A stretch of DNA of 63,424 nucleotides, filler included, from Kipferlia bialata (Eukaryota): NCBI GenBank assembly GCA_003568945.1. It is 4 parts of 4 records of this genome, joined end to end, with 100 filler letters (N's around TTAATTAATTAA, not from the genome) between each part and the next. Parts side by side here need not be neighbours in the genome. Positions count along the whole stretch, not along the records: positions 31,768 to 47,547 come from BDIP01000669.1; positions 47,648 to 63,424 come from BDIP01000670.1; 2 more parts are not named here. The stretch is one strand, 5' to 3'. A program made the translations under genes and the position numbers. Shown in pieces: positions 38,430 to 51,400 of this stretch. Positions within the stretch are counted from its first letter, which is position 1. Each line of letters starts with the position of its first letter. The notes beneath the pieces were generated by a model. It saw only the letters and a list, made by a program, of their open reading frames with translations. It had not been told where the DNA came from and did no database searches.

Positions 38430-41400
38430 TCACATTGCAATGCAGCTTTCTGTGTCCGTCTCAGCAGCGGCATTCGCAGTCTCTAGGTCCCTCTGTAGCC
38501 TGTCTGCTCTAGCCTGTGCAGTCTGTGCCCTCAGCCTCAGCGCCTCCACCTCAACGGTCAGATGGTTATTCTCTCTCTCCAGTTGCTTCTGGCCCTCTCT
38601 CTTACTCTCTCTCACCTCCTGGTTCATAGTGTCCACTTTCTCTTCTGCGACCAGGGCCCTTAGCCTGAATCTGTCCAACTCAACGGTCAGACGTAACATC
38701 TCGGCCCTGTGTGTCTGCACCATCTGCTCTCTAGCCATATGGGCAGTGACAACCTCAGCTCTGGTATCCTCGAGTCTGTCTCTCATCTCGGCAATGTTAC
38801 TGCCCTGATAGTACTCTTGCAGCATCTGGCTCTTTAATGCAACCTTCAGTGACCGACACCGCTCGGATGTCGATGCAATGTCTTCTTGGAGAGATATCAT
38901 CTGTCTGTCACTCTCCCTCTCTCTGACACAATTGGCATCTCTCTCCTCTCTCAGAGTCTTCTGAAGAGAGGAGAGTTGCTGCTCTCTCTCTCGCTCCCTC
39001 TCAGAATGGGCCTCTGTCTCTGCTCTCAGGGCCTCCTGTAGAGAAACTAGTTGCACTTCACTCTCTTGCATTATCACAGAGTGTTCCGCTCTCTCCTCGT
39101 CTAGGGTCTCCATAAGAGAGCTGAGCCGTTGTTCCATCTCTTGCTGCTGCTTACACTGCTCTGATGTGTAGTAGTCGTGGATAGCCCTCATCTCTTCTCT
39201 CAAGTATGCTAACTGCCGAGTTAAAGCCTCTGTCTCTAGTTGAGAACCGCTGAAACGGTGGGATCTCATCTCCACCTCGTCCCTGTGTGACTTTGTCATC
39301 TCTGCCACAGCAGCCTGCAGAGACAGTACACGGTTGTTCGCAATAGCTAACTGTGCTTGCAAGAGAACGGCTTCTTCTCCCAACTCTGTCTCAGTCGCAA
39401 CACTTCTGCTGGTAGCAGCTGGATGTACAGCAGAAGCGATGGAACCCCCACTTGATACTGACAACTCGTCACAGGAGTCACACTCGTCACAGTCAGTCAC
39501 TGACAGCGTGGTCTGAACGGGGCTACGGTCCATGCCGAGTAACGTGGAAGACCCAGCGGTATCGGAGACAGGCTCAGAAGAGCCAGACGCTGGTCCAGAG
39601 AGAGTTGCAGGCGTCACCCCATCTGTGTCACGTGGTGCAATGGTATGGAGACCTGGCGCGGTATCATCACTCTGCATTGGCTGGTCACCTGCCGCCCCAA
39701 GACCAAGGGACCATGAGGTAGTCTCGCCGCCACCAAGACCACTTAGGTTAGTAGCGGCAGGATACGCCCTCTGACCAGGGCCATAGGGACGGGTGTGATC
39801 TGGAGGAGACTCTGTGTGCGTGTCTGAATCGGGTGGTGCCACGGGCACTTGACTGCCAAGGCCGATGATGGTCTTCTGGATCACATCGCCCTTGTATCTG
39901 ATACCTGGATGTTAACACTAGTGGGAAGATGATGTAGTAGCACTTCGTGTAGACTAACTTACCGGGTATCAGGACAGTCACTGTGAGTGGAGGATCTAGA
40001 TCTGGACTTGGGTCGAACAGGCACTCCTCTGTGAGCCAAGTCACACTCTTGTCTTGCCACCCAGCAGCAATCTGGTACCCACCTCTGGTACTAGCACTGA
40101 GGTTAGGTTTACAGGGTTGTGTATGATTGGGACACTGTTAACTACCATGGAATGACAGCACATAACGCACCTGGATATCTCCATCTGCGCTGTCTGAGCA
40201 CTAGGCAGGTGCATCAAAGAGCTCAGGGCCACAGCATCAACCAGAGTCAGGCCCTCCCTGCAGTTAGGCAATATACCATCACCCATGAGTTTGACAGACA
40301 GTAACGTACCTCGTCTCACAATGAGTACTGGCAAACTTAGGGACAATGGCGCGTAGGTACATGTCTGCCAACGGCTGGAAGGGTTCAATATCACCCCGGA
40401 GAATGGTACTCAGCAGTAGCTGCAATGCCATTGTGGGAGTTCCATCGCCTGTGCCAGTAGTTACAGGGTAGAGTAACTCAACAGTGGGTGTTGGGGCATG
40501 TATGGTTGTATCTGGATACTGGGAGATGGCCTCTCTAACAGCACCCAAGAGCTGAGAGTGTAGTAGGGACATAGCTGCTAGGCCGTAATTCCAGGGCACA
40601 GTCTTGCTACTCCCAGGCACTGCGCCCCTCTTGATGCTCTCCTAGAGTGAGACCCGACGCAGCTTCACAACAATAACGTGAGAGACATGATTACTATACA
40701 TACCGAGAGAGCCCCAGCCATGCTTGTCCACAGGCACTGAAACCTCTGGATCAAAGGCAGGACCTCGGGATTAGGGGTGTGGAGTCTGGTCACCCTCAGG
40801 GTCTGTGCCACAGCAGCATTGGCAACAGGAAGGAGAGTGTTAAGAGCAGTGTGGTCAACTCTCAGAGCCAGTATCCTGGCGCGTAAGTGTTGATCATAGT
40901 ATACAGTGTCGCATATAATATACCACACAGAGATAAACGATATGTCAGCATGACGCTTCTCACCTCCTGGCCTCCGTGACTAATCCCTCACTTGGGATAT
41001 AGTGTGGGGAAAGGGGACCGCCAAGCACTTCAAGAGGGAACACAGAGAGCGCAGTGGTCACCTATATGAGAGATTGGAAAGGAGTCATTAATGGTGACAG
41101 GGTGCTTTGCAACAGGCATGTCAGAGTATATATACATCGCCTACCTCTGAGACAAAGGCTAGAACAGGAGAGATGTTCTCGAACACTGCTGAGAGAGGGG
41201 CAGAGAGTGGGTTCTTCTGGGTACAAGCGCAGTGGCAGATCTGTACTGTGAGTATCACGTGTAAGCGCATTGCTTTAACAACACTAATGTATGATGAACC
41301 GAAAATACCTCTGCAAGACTGGGTCTAGAGAGTGGCTCTGAGAGACCTATGTCGAACACTAGGGCGCGAAAGTCCTGTGGGCTGTGATGAGACTGAACAT

Positions 41401-42873
41401 CATGCCTGCGTATACACACAATGTCTTACCCTAGGTATACGCCGCTCTTTGCCTGTGTGATGCATCGGCCTCCCTTAGGACAGAGGTACGCAAGATACCT
41501 TGGTTAGCTGTTTGTAACTCCCGAATACATTGGACAACAGAGTGTTGTGCACATAAGCATACAGTAGTACAAGAGAAGACGTACATTGCCCACACTGAGA
41601 GTAGTAGCAGCCGTGAAGAGACTGTCTCAGAGTGGATGTCTTCCTGGTCGGTCTCGTACATGCCCTGTGGTTTAGAGCACTATGATTACAGTCCTACTAC
41701 ATGATAGTATCAGTTTACCGGTACCTTATCCAGAAAGGCACCAGACACCTCCTTCACTATCATCCCTCCCCACGCCTTCCTCCAGAGCTGCTCCATGACA
41801 GACTCCTCTCTCCTTCTATCCTCCCCCTCGGGAAGGAGTGCAGTAAGGCGATCATAGAGCTCTAGCAGTCGGTACAGCACCACGCCATACTTGTTGCCCT
41901 TGAGAGGGAACACCTTGTTCTTCCTCTTGATGCCAGACAAGTTGCCCATGATATTGGAGACTTTCTGGTTGATGCCCAGTAGGGTCTGGGATGAGTCTAG
42001 TGCATCACCTAATATTGATACATATATATATCACACTACAAGTCTAGCAAGGTGCTCTATATACTGAACACCATTACCTGTACATGAGCAGCCACGGCCG
42101 CCTTCACACTACCAGACTCTATACGGTGCAGGACTCTGTTTATGTTTCCATGAGCATCACCCTCTGGGTCTGCAGAGCACTCACTCTCATACCTTGAGTC
42201 AGTCATAGATAGAATGTGTTCCTAGTATATCCTAGCATACACAAAGTAGTGAGAGAAGTCTACCGTACACTTGTATTTGCCTTGCTCTGGCGGCCTCCCA
42301 CTCTCCAGTTGCCTTTCTAAGCAGGACTGAGTACAACATCCTACAGTGAGTATCAGATTCTAAGCTAGTAGTACACGATAGGTGCGATACCTGGCCAACA
42401 GGGTTGTAGCTGCATTGCACTGCTGTCCTCTAGGACCCCTACTAGCCCCCTTCCCCTTCTTGCCTGTTCCTCTGTTGGCACCTTTTCTCTCTCTCTCTAG
42501 TGTAGGAGTGTCACCCAGCCGTGATGACCTGTCACTGCCAGGGGAGTAGGGGGTAAGGCTGCTACTGCTGTCCTGCTCCGGTGAGGGCATGTCGTGGGTC
42601 GGAAGGGTAGCAGGCATTGTGGGAGCGTCAAAGTGATACCCCTGGGTATTAGACATGGAATAGACTGGGCAATATGAACATATCATTACTGCTGTTACTG
42701 AATCGCCACTCTCACATTCTACAAGACGACTCTTAGAGCCAAGGACCATTGTTAGAAGACACAGTCAATGATACATATACATGACATATATATATATGAA
42801 TGATAGTAATTCTCACCATATTGGCTCTAGCCTGCGTCGGGTCTAGGGGTCTGGGCAGGAAAGGCTCCTCCAT
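38430..42873 (-). CDS. Large hypothetical protein with C-terminal coiled coil
   Basis: ATG at 42873 (MEEPFLPRPLDPTQARANM|gtgag) is followed by several exons. The last long ORF, 38430-39884, is E/Q/R-rich with heptads. A small terminal exon to ~38341 is possible. Confidence 0.6.
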
Positions 42874-43048
42874 GTTAATACCTTGGCCAGGAAGCTAGTG
42901 TGGGGGAAAGAGTGAGAATGATGGAGTATTGAGGGGCGGAGTGGTGGGTGATGTTTTGAGTCAGAAACACCGTTCCGTGTAGACACACTTCTCCACTCCT
43001 AGGTATCGAATCCAAGAGTAGATAGATAGTATACACCCACCATATGTT

Positions 43049-43863
43049 GTGGTTGCGTGTGGGGGTGGGAAGGACACGACTCTGAGGGCAGATAGGGGAA
43101 GGACATATGGTGACAAGTGGGGTCTTCGCCTGGCTCCGCCCCTGCTGTCCAGTCTCTCTCTCGGTGGCCCCTGGCTCTTCACCCAGCGACCTGGCGCAAC
43201 AGTATACTACCGTGCCACTCCCTGTGGAAGGAGGGATTGGGTGTGTGTTCGGGTCAACACCTAGAGAGACTGCATGCTTGTCATGGTGTCGAGACTAGTC
43301 AGGATTATTGTGGGTCATAAATTTGAGTCATCCAACTTACTCGAAGATTAAAACCGTTAGTGCCAGTACTCTTCGCCAGTACTCTCTTAAAGTACCACTA
43401 CTCAGTACTATGCCTGAGTACTTGTATCCAGACATGGTGGGGAGTACTTCACCAAAGTACTATCGTGCTTCAAGGAGGCCTGCCGATGGCGCTCTCTCTA
43501 CCCACAGCAGACAAGCGACACAGGGACACTAAGTTGACTTGCCTTCCCAGTCTGTTTCAGTTCACCCCTAGTGGTGTACACAGATAGGCCCTGATGACAA
43601 GTAAGTACCTCTGTTTTCTGTACTTCTTGATTGTGGTTGCAGGCGCTTAGGGTTGTTATCCCTATGATACATACATACATGTTGTCACAGTGTGAAAGGT
43701 GTATCTCACTCTTGTAGGTGTCCCTCTCATCCCAGGCCCTTCATTCCCTAAGGAACCTAAGGCCCAGATGCTTAGACGTCGCTACCAGGAGATGAGAGAG
43801 GCCACCAAGGCAGCTGGAGGTATTGTCACTGGTTGCTCTCTCTCACGCTCTCTCTACCTCTCC

Positions 43864-43895
<32 letters not shown>

Positions 43896-44973
43896 TCATG
43901 AGAAGGGCCATCAATGCAGATGGAGGTATATGGTGATTGGTCCCCCCCCCCCACTCTCTCTCTTCTCCCCTTCTCCACCCTTCATTTAGCATATCTCATC
44001 TCCAGGCCAGTACTCACACAGCGTCTCTCTCTCTCTCTCTCCCCACTTTGTATATATATCTTTGTATTCAATATACATCTCATCTCCAGGCCAAGTACTC
44101 ACCCAGCGTGACAGATGGAACACCCCTGCACACAGGTACAGGGGCATCTCTCCTCCGTCTCTCTCTCTCTCCCTCTCCATCCATCCCCCTGGTTATTCAT
44201 TAGTTATGACTCATAACATATGAGTTATAACCTCTTGCCTCACTCCTCCTCGACTCGTTGCCACCCCACACTCACCCCGCCGCACCCACTGCTGGATCTC
44301 TCTCTCTCTCTCCCCCTAGCATATACTCACCCAGCCGCCTCCTCATCATCTCCCGTATCTGCATCAACCAGCATGTGACATCGCCCAAGAAGGAGGGGCC
44401 AACGGCACTGAGGGTATGTATATATATATACTAAATATATATATATTATATACATATATGTGTATATATGCAGTGACTGTATCGTTTAAGAAGGAGGGGC
44501 CATCTGCGCTGAGGGTATGTGTATGCATATTATACTAAATATATATACCTATATATGTGAATGTATACTGTGAATATAACGCCCAAGAAGGTTGTGTATA
44601 TACTATATGTATATATATACTATACCCAGTATAAATATACAAATATATGTGTATATATTAAGTAAATATATTGCCCAAGAAGCAGGGCCACCTGCACTAA
44701 AGGTATGGCTATAAATAATCACACTGTATACAATATATATACCTATACATAAATTGTGATTATATATTAAACAATATACAATAATATATACTAAGAAGGA
44801 GGGCCCATCAGCACTGAGGGGGTGTCTGTACACTATTCATGTCAGGGGTCCCCCCCCCTACTACCACTCTCACAATATCCTTACCCACCTTGTGATATGT
44901 CCTCTTGAAGGCTACTCATTCTCTCTCCCTCCCCTTTCCCTCACTCCTCAGGCTGTGATGGGCTACCCCCCAA

Positions 44974-45012
<39 letters not shown>

Positions 45013-45638
45013 AGTGACCCTCTCCTACTAATTCCTCAGGCTGTGATGGGCTATCCCCCCATGTGTCACAAGACAGTGAGATACGTGCACAGAAAGCTAG
45101 CAGGAGTGACTACCCCAGGCGGTGAGTGTATTGATATATATATACATACACATACACACACACACATATATATATATATAATAATTAGTGTATACATGCG
45201 TAGGTTCATGACTGCACACATATGACTTATGGACTCATTTCTCACCTCAGGCACTGGCAGCAACACCCTTCTCTATTCCTATAATTGTGCATACTATCCA
45301 CACCTGTGAATGTGTACTCGGGGTTCTTATACCACTTACAGGCTCTGACAAACGTATGGATTATCTACTCATATCTCACCTTAGGCTCTGGCAACAACAA
45401 CGACAACCGCCTCTCCCTGGCATCAGAGGCCCTCAGATGGATAACGGATGTGGCAAGGATGGTACGTTTACTAATCTTCTCAATGATAGAGACTCTACGA
45501 TAACTCTTTACAGCACAGTATCCCTTCTGACCCCCAGACAAGCCCAAGGGACCTAGCGGTGTGTGAGATGGTCAGAGAGAGCCTATTGAGGTGTATGTTT
45601 CCTTGTCTACCACAATATTTCTTTCCCTCTCTCCCTCT

Positions 45639-45674
<36 letters not shown>

Positions 45675-47547
45675 CCTCCGCCTCTCACCCCAGGCCATGT
45701 GGTAGGCAGTATCTGAGGGGTGAGGCCGCAGCACTGCACGACACCATCATGATATGGGCCATGTACGTACATAACATGATGTACACACACACTCTCTCTC
45801 TGTCTCTTTCCAATGTTTCCACTCCCTCTTACTCCCAGTCTCTGATACCACTGCTACTATCAAGTACGTTCCTAACGTGTGCATACTCTCCTTACCTATT
45901 TCTATTCTCTTTGTCTTACCCCCAGCCTCTGTGACCACTGCTACTATTGTATAGTTATAACATGTACCTTCTCTCTATATACGTATCTCTCTACCTTAAT
46001 TCTCTGTATCGTTAACCCCAGCGTCTGTGACCACTGCTACTACTATGACCCTGCTTCCTCTCTGTCTGGGCCACTTGGGGAGAGGGTGTGCACACTGACA
46101 GAGAGGGGGGAGGCAGCACTGAGGTATGTATATTTGCATTTGTATATATATAGCAGAGGTCGCTCTCTATGTATATATATGTCCAACCCCTTCCCAACTT
46201 CCATCTACATTCGTGCCCCTCTACCCATATACACACAGATACATATATTCATGTATACATATATGCTTCAGCTCTGGCTCTCTCCATTGACCCCCAGCTC
46301 CCTCCGTGCCCCTCTGCCCTCTGACCCCCACTCTGTCCCTGACCTATCTGACCTATCCCCTGACACCAATAACGGTACTGATACCTCTACCCCTGTGCGT
46401 CTCAGACGAGTCCGTCTCAGACGTGTCCTTCTGTCTGGCCTATGGGCAGAGGGTGCAGGGGGTGAGGCAGGCATTGGTGGACATCAACTGGTATGTGGGA
46501 GTGTATTATGGAGTTGAGTATAATGTATATATGGGCAGTGAGTGAGGTACTCTCACGGGCCATATCGTGTTATCAACTGGTATGGTCAGTGTCTGGTGGA
46601 TGAGATATGTGCTATCTCTCTCTCTATCCATTACCCTCACTCCTACATGGTGACACTTCTCTTATTATATATAGTTACGCCATGGTTATTTCTGTCCCTG
46701 TACTCACCTCAGCTGTGTGCCGCCACCTCTTTTCTTTACAATTATGCCATGACTCTCTCATTCTGTTTCTCATCCTCCAGCTCCATGCCGCTGCCTGCCT
46801 TGGCAGACTAGACATGCAGAAGTGTGCATATGCCACAGACACGTGCAACAGAGTAGATGAGGTACATGCAGTATATATATTTAGGTATATACTTAGGTAT
46901 ATATATATATAGGTACATATATACTGTGTTGTCTGACTGCCCCTCTCACTCCTAGTTGAGAGTGCTACTGCACCGCTACTTACCTCTCTGTATGTCTATA
47001 TGTTGTATGTAACGTTACTGTCCCTCTTTTCTACTACTGACATCTAGCTGAGGGTGCTTCTGCACAGGCTGGACACAGCAGACTGGACAACAGACCCCAA
47101 GTGCTACACAGATGCTGCAAGGTACATAGCTATACATCTCTCTCCCATTGGAGTATCTCTTTCCATACTTGTATTTATAACTCTGCTCTCCTCTCATCTT
47201 AGGGCACTGGACCTGGCCTTAGGCAGGGGGGTCTCCCCTGCCTCTGCCTCTGCACCCCCTATACCAGTAGGAGTGACACTCACAGAGCACTACCACACAG
47301 GGAGTGGCTCTACTAAGCCCTCCTTCCCACCGGCACAGAGTCCCTCCCCCAGGGACACCAACCCTCCCTCCATCACTCCTCCTGCGTCCACCCCCCCCTC
47401 TCTCCCCGAGCCCTTCTTCCCTATTCACAACGCCACGCCTGCCTCAGGTACTGGAGCCTTCCTCGGATTATGTGGTGTCCCTCCCATTCCAGTACCCCCT
47501 CCCATCCCTCCCGACGAGGTCTGCTGCCCCATACGAGAGCACCCCAC
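43049..47547 (+). CDS. Hypothetical multi-exon protein (start uncertain, 3' truncated), divergent from the previous gene
   Basis: Exon chain IYSPSRLLIISRICINQ...|AVMGYPPMCHK...|SGNNNDNRLSLASEALRW...|LHAAACLGRLD...|LRVLLHRLDTADW... Confidence 0.55.
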
Positions 47548-47647
47548 NNNNNNNNNNNNNNNNNNNNNNNNNNNNNNNNNNNNNNNNNNNNTTAATTAAT
47601 TAANNNNNNNNNNNNNNNNNNNNNNNNNNNNNNNNNNNNNNNNNNNN
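47548..47647. other. Artificial contig linker
   Basis: N-TTAATTAATTAA-N, 100 nt. Confidence 0.98.
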
Positions 47648-48458
47648 GAAGAGAGGGGAGGGGGAGGGGGGGGGGGGGGGGGGGGGGGGAGAGAGAGAGA
47701 TGAAAGTAGCCGCATAGAACAAGGAGTATCAGATAATAGTATCCAAGTGTCAGGACACACCCATTCACAAAGGACAATAATGGGTGTACACTAATATGAC
47801 AAGAGAGTGCCACGTACCACTGCCCTTTCTTCCCTGCCCCTAGCATCCTAAGGTAGCACAGCAGTGCTAGCAGAGACATGGTACACTGGGTGCACACATA
47901 CAACTGGGGGGGAGGGAGACGAGAAGGGGGACTGAGTCGTAGTCAATCTATCTGATTGAAGATGGGTATGAACTAAATGGATAGTTAGAGTACTCAGAAA
48001 CCGAAGCAAGAGATCCACAGAGAACACAACGGCTTCAGATACAGAGGCAGGAAGGACAGTGGCATTCGACTGAGACTGATAAGTACCACACCGATATTGA
48101 CGATTGACCCATTCACTCTTCTCCAACCCTACCTGTACCCCTAGGTCCAATCCGAGGAATGATGTCATGATATATGAATGCACAGAGACTGGGGCAGAGC
48201 CTGGTGCCAAGGAGGAGTGAGGCCACTGATCTTGGCCTTGCTATCGTCCTGTCGTACGTCAAACGGTTTGACTCCTTGATTTTTGCTTGTCTCGGCTCAG
48301 AGGAGACCAGCCTCAGTCTTCTCTTCTCAAGTGCCCATTGTATAGGGCCAGGTGACTGTGTTAGAGACTGTGTGCTAGAAGAGACCCAGTGAGAGTCCTT
48401 AGTATACTACCTGAGCCCAGACCAAGTAGCAGTATATCCTGAGACAGCCACTGGCAAT

Positions 48459-51400
48459 ATGCACAAGGTACCTACTAATGTGTAAACACATGTATACACT
48501 CAAATCACGCAGTCAGCATCTGTATTTCCCACGTCTCAGTTGGTACCCCACTGGATAGCTACCCTTGTGTTCATGCAATGCCTATCTCCTCTCAAAGTAT
48601 ATATGTTGTGTCCTCTGGTACCTTCTTGAGTCTTGTCCTGACCCCAGGCCTACCTGTCTGCATGTATATCGGCACAGACCAGGCCCATTAAGGTACACGT
48701 GTGTATATGGATACATGAGTGTGTATGGAGTGATGTGTGGTTGACCACCAATTGAGCTCTCTCATATCATATGACTCATATATGACAGAGCTGGCCACCC
48801 TCATCTCTCTCCCAATTTCCACACATCACTATCACGCAGCCAAGCCCCTCTACGAATATATGGCTTGATTCCAGAGTTTTGGCATGAATATACTTCCCCC
48901 CCCCCCCCATTCATAGAAGTTTGTACTCTTAGTATCTAGGTAGGTGTTGGTCTCTCTTCTCCCTGACCCAAGGCCCTGGTTGCCCACCTCAGAGAGTTCG
49001 AGAACACAGGTACAGCTCAATTATTCAATCCAGAGTGTGTATACCTTCTCTACATTGGGAGTAGTCCTTTGCTCTTGAGTAGCCTCCAGTGTGTACTCAT
49101 AAATGTATGGGTATCTATGTATGTATTATTCTATCTCTCTGTGCTCTAAGTACATATAATGTGTCCCTCTGTCTCCCCAGGCACCGATCTGACCACCCTC
49201 ACTTCTCTGTATGACTCTCTTACACTATATGATAATATATACTTCTATATAATCCTCTATCCCTCATCCTAGGCACCGATCTGACCACCCTCGACTTCTC
49301 TGCCTTTGGCCAGACCCTGGGGTCACTGGGGGTACTGCCCATATGCGACATACTCAGGTATATATGTAGTATATGTATATATAGTATGTGTGTATGTATA
49401 GCACAGGTCTCAGTGTCAGTTTCATATGCGACATACTCAGGTGGGTGTGTATAGTACTTGTGGGAGGTACATGACTCAGTTCCATAACCTTCCCTCTCTC
49501 TTTCTCCCTATCTCTCCTATTCTCCCACTCTCCCTCTCCCTCCAGACAGTGCAGCACCCTGACCACTCTGTATATATATATTATATGTATAGTTCATGTC
49601 TTGCTATCTCTCTCTCTCTCTCCCATACTCTCTCCTAACCCTCCAGGCAGTGCAGCACCCTGACCACCCTGTATATATACATTATATGTATAGCTAATGC
49701 CTTACTGTATCTCTCTCTCTCTCTCTTACTCTCTCCTAACCCTTCCAGACAGTGTAGCACCCTGACCACCCTGTGTCTCAAGGGACAGAGGATAGCAGAC
49801 GACGGGTGCAAGAGCCTAGGTACAACTCTCGTGTGTTTCTACATGGACCTACTATCAACTCCACAAAATGTATATTCTCACCCCAGTCTCTGCCCTCCTT
49901 GCCTCCCCCTCTGTCATCAAGAGGCTTGACCTCTCCCACTGTCTACTGGGTGGCATGGCAGGCAAGGCACTCGGGGCATATCTGTCAGCCGAGGTGGGTG
50001 GGGAAGTTGTTTCTCTTTCCATCTCGAACAATGTGACTACAGTTTCACCTGAGTGTTATACTGTTGTATTTGTCTTTCACCCCCCCCCCACCCCCAGGCC
50101 TGTGCGTGCACTGAGCTGAAGCTGTCCAACAACCCACTCGGAGAGGGTACGTTGATGGGGGAACTATTGGATATGTCTGTGTAGTATACCAGATATACAT
50201 ACCCCCCCCCCCCCCACCCCCACCCCCAGGCACCCTGTATATCCTCTCCCCCCTTTATATATGTATAGCATAGTGGTATATATTTCCCCCACCCCCAGGC
50301 ACCCTGTCTGTCCTGTCTGCCCTGGGGTCCAACTCCAGTCTGGGTCTGCTGGAGATGAGGCAGATAGGCGGGATCACTAAGGTGGGTCACTAGCCTCAAT
50401 CACACGTATATATACATATACTGATAATTCAACTGTATGTTCTCCTACAGAATGGGCAGATGTGTGTGTATCTTGCTCTTGCCCCCCCCCCCCCTTTGCT
50501 TACCCCCCAGGACGTGTGGGGTGTGCTGGGTACTCTGCATACGATGTGCATATGTCTTACTATATGCTTATCCCCCCTTACCCTCTAGGACGTGTGGGGT
50601 GTGCTGGGCGCCGCCCTCCTTGGCAACCACACCCTGACAGGGCTCGACATGAGCCAGAACCCACTCGGGGTGACACAGGTATTGAGCGATAGATCTTGCT
50701 ACATTATTCTGTAACTATTACCCCCCACCCCCAGTCCTCCATGTCGGGCTGGGTCCAGTTCTGTGAGGGTCTTGGGGCCAACTCGGGCCTGCAGAGCATC
50801 AGAATGGAGTCATGCGATATCACACAGGTATGGATTGAGTATATATATAGATATTAAACTTAAAGAGTGCTTGTATATAACGGTTGTGTATACAGACCAT
50901 TAGGATTGAGTCGAGTCATTATTCGTGTTGGATTTTTGTATTCGTCGTTCTACCTTCTTCTCCCCCCCCCCCCTTACCCCCAGCGCTGTGGCCTTGTGCT
51001 GCTTGATGTGCTGCCTGCCAACCACACCCTGGTGGAGATGGGTCTAGAATATAACAGAGTGGCCGAGAAGAGTGTCAAGGCAATGCAGAGGCTGATGCAC
51101 AGGTACAGAGGCAATGCATATACCATAATACATATATACATACATATGCAGAGGCTGATGCACAGGTGTGGATGGATGTGGATTATCGCGACAGAAGTAT
51201 ATGCATGAGGTGCATGTGCATGTGTGTATGTGTAATTGGTATTTGTCTATGTTACCCTCACCCCAGGAACCGCCAGGCCTCTCTTGCCAGACGTGCTCTG
51301 ATACGGACAGAGAGGGAGAGGGAGAGGGGGAGAGAGAGAGGCAGGGAGATGGGTGAGGGCGATGGCGATATGTACCAGCCTCTAACCCAGCCCCCACCCT

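Noticed and set aside
15788..47647. Three identical TTAATTAATTAA motifs within N-runs at 15,880-nt spacing
   Set aside because: Concatenation linkers between similar-length contigs; not biology, and no synteny can be inferred across them.
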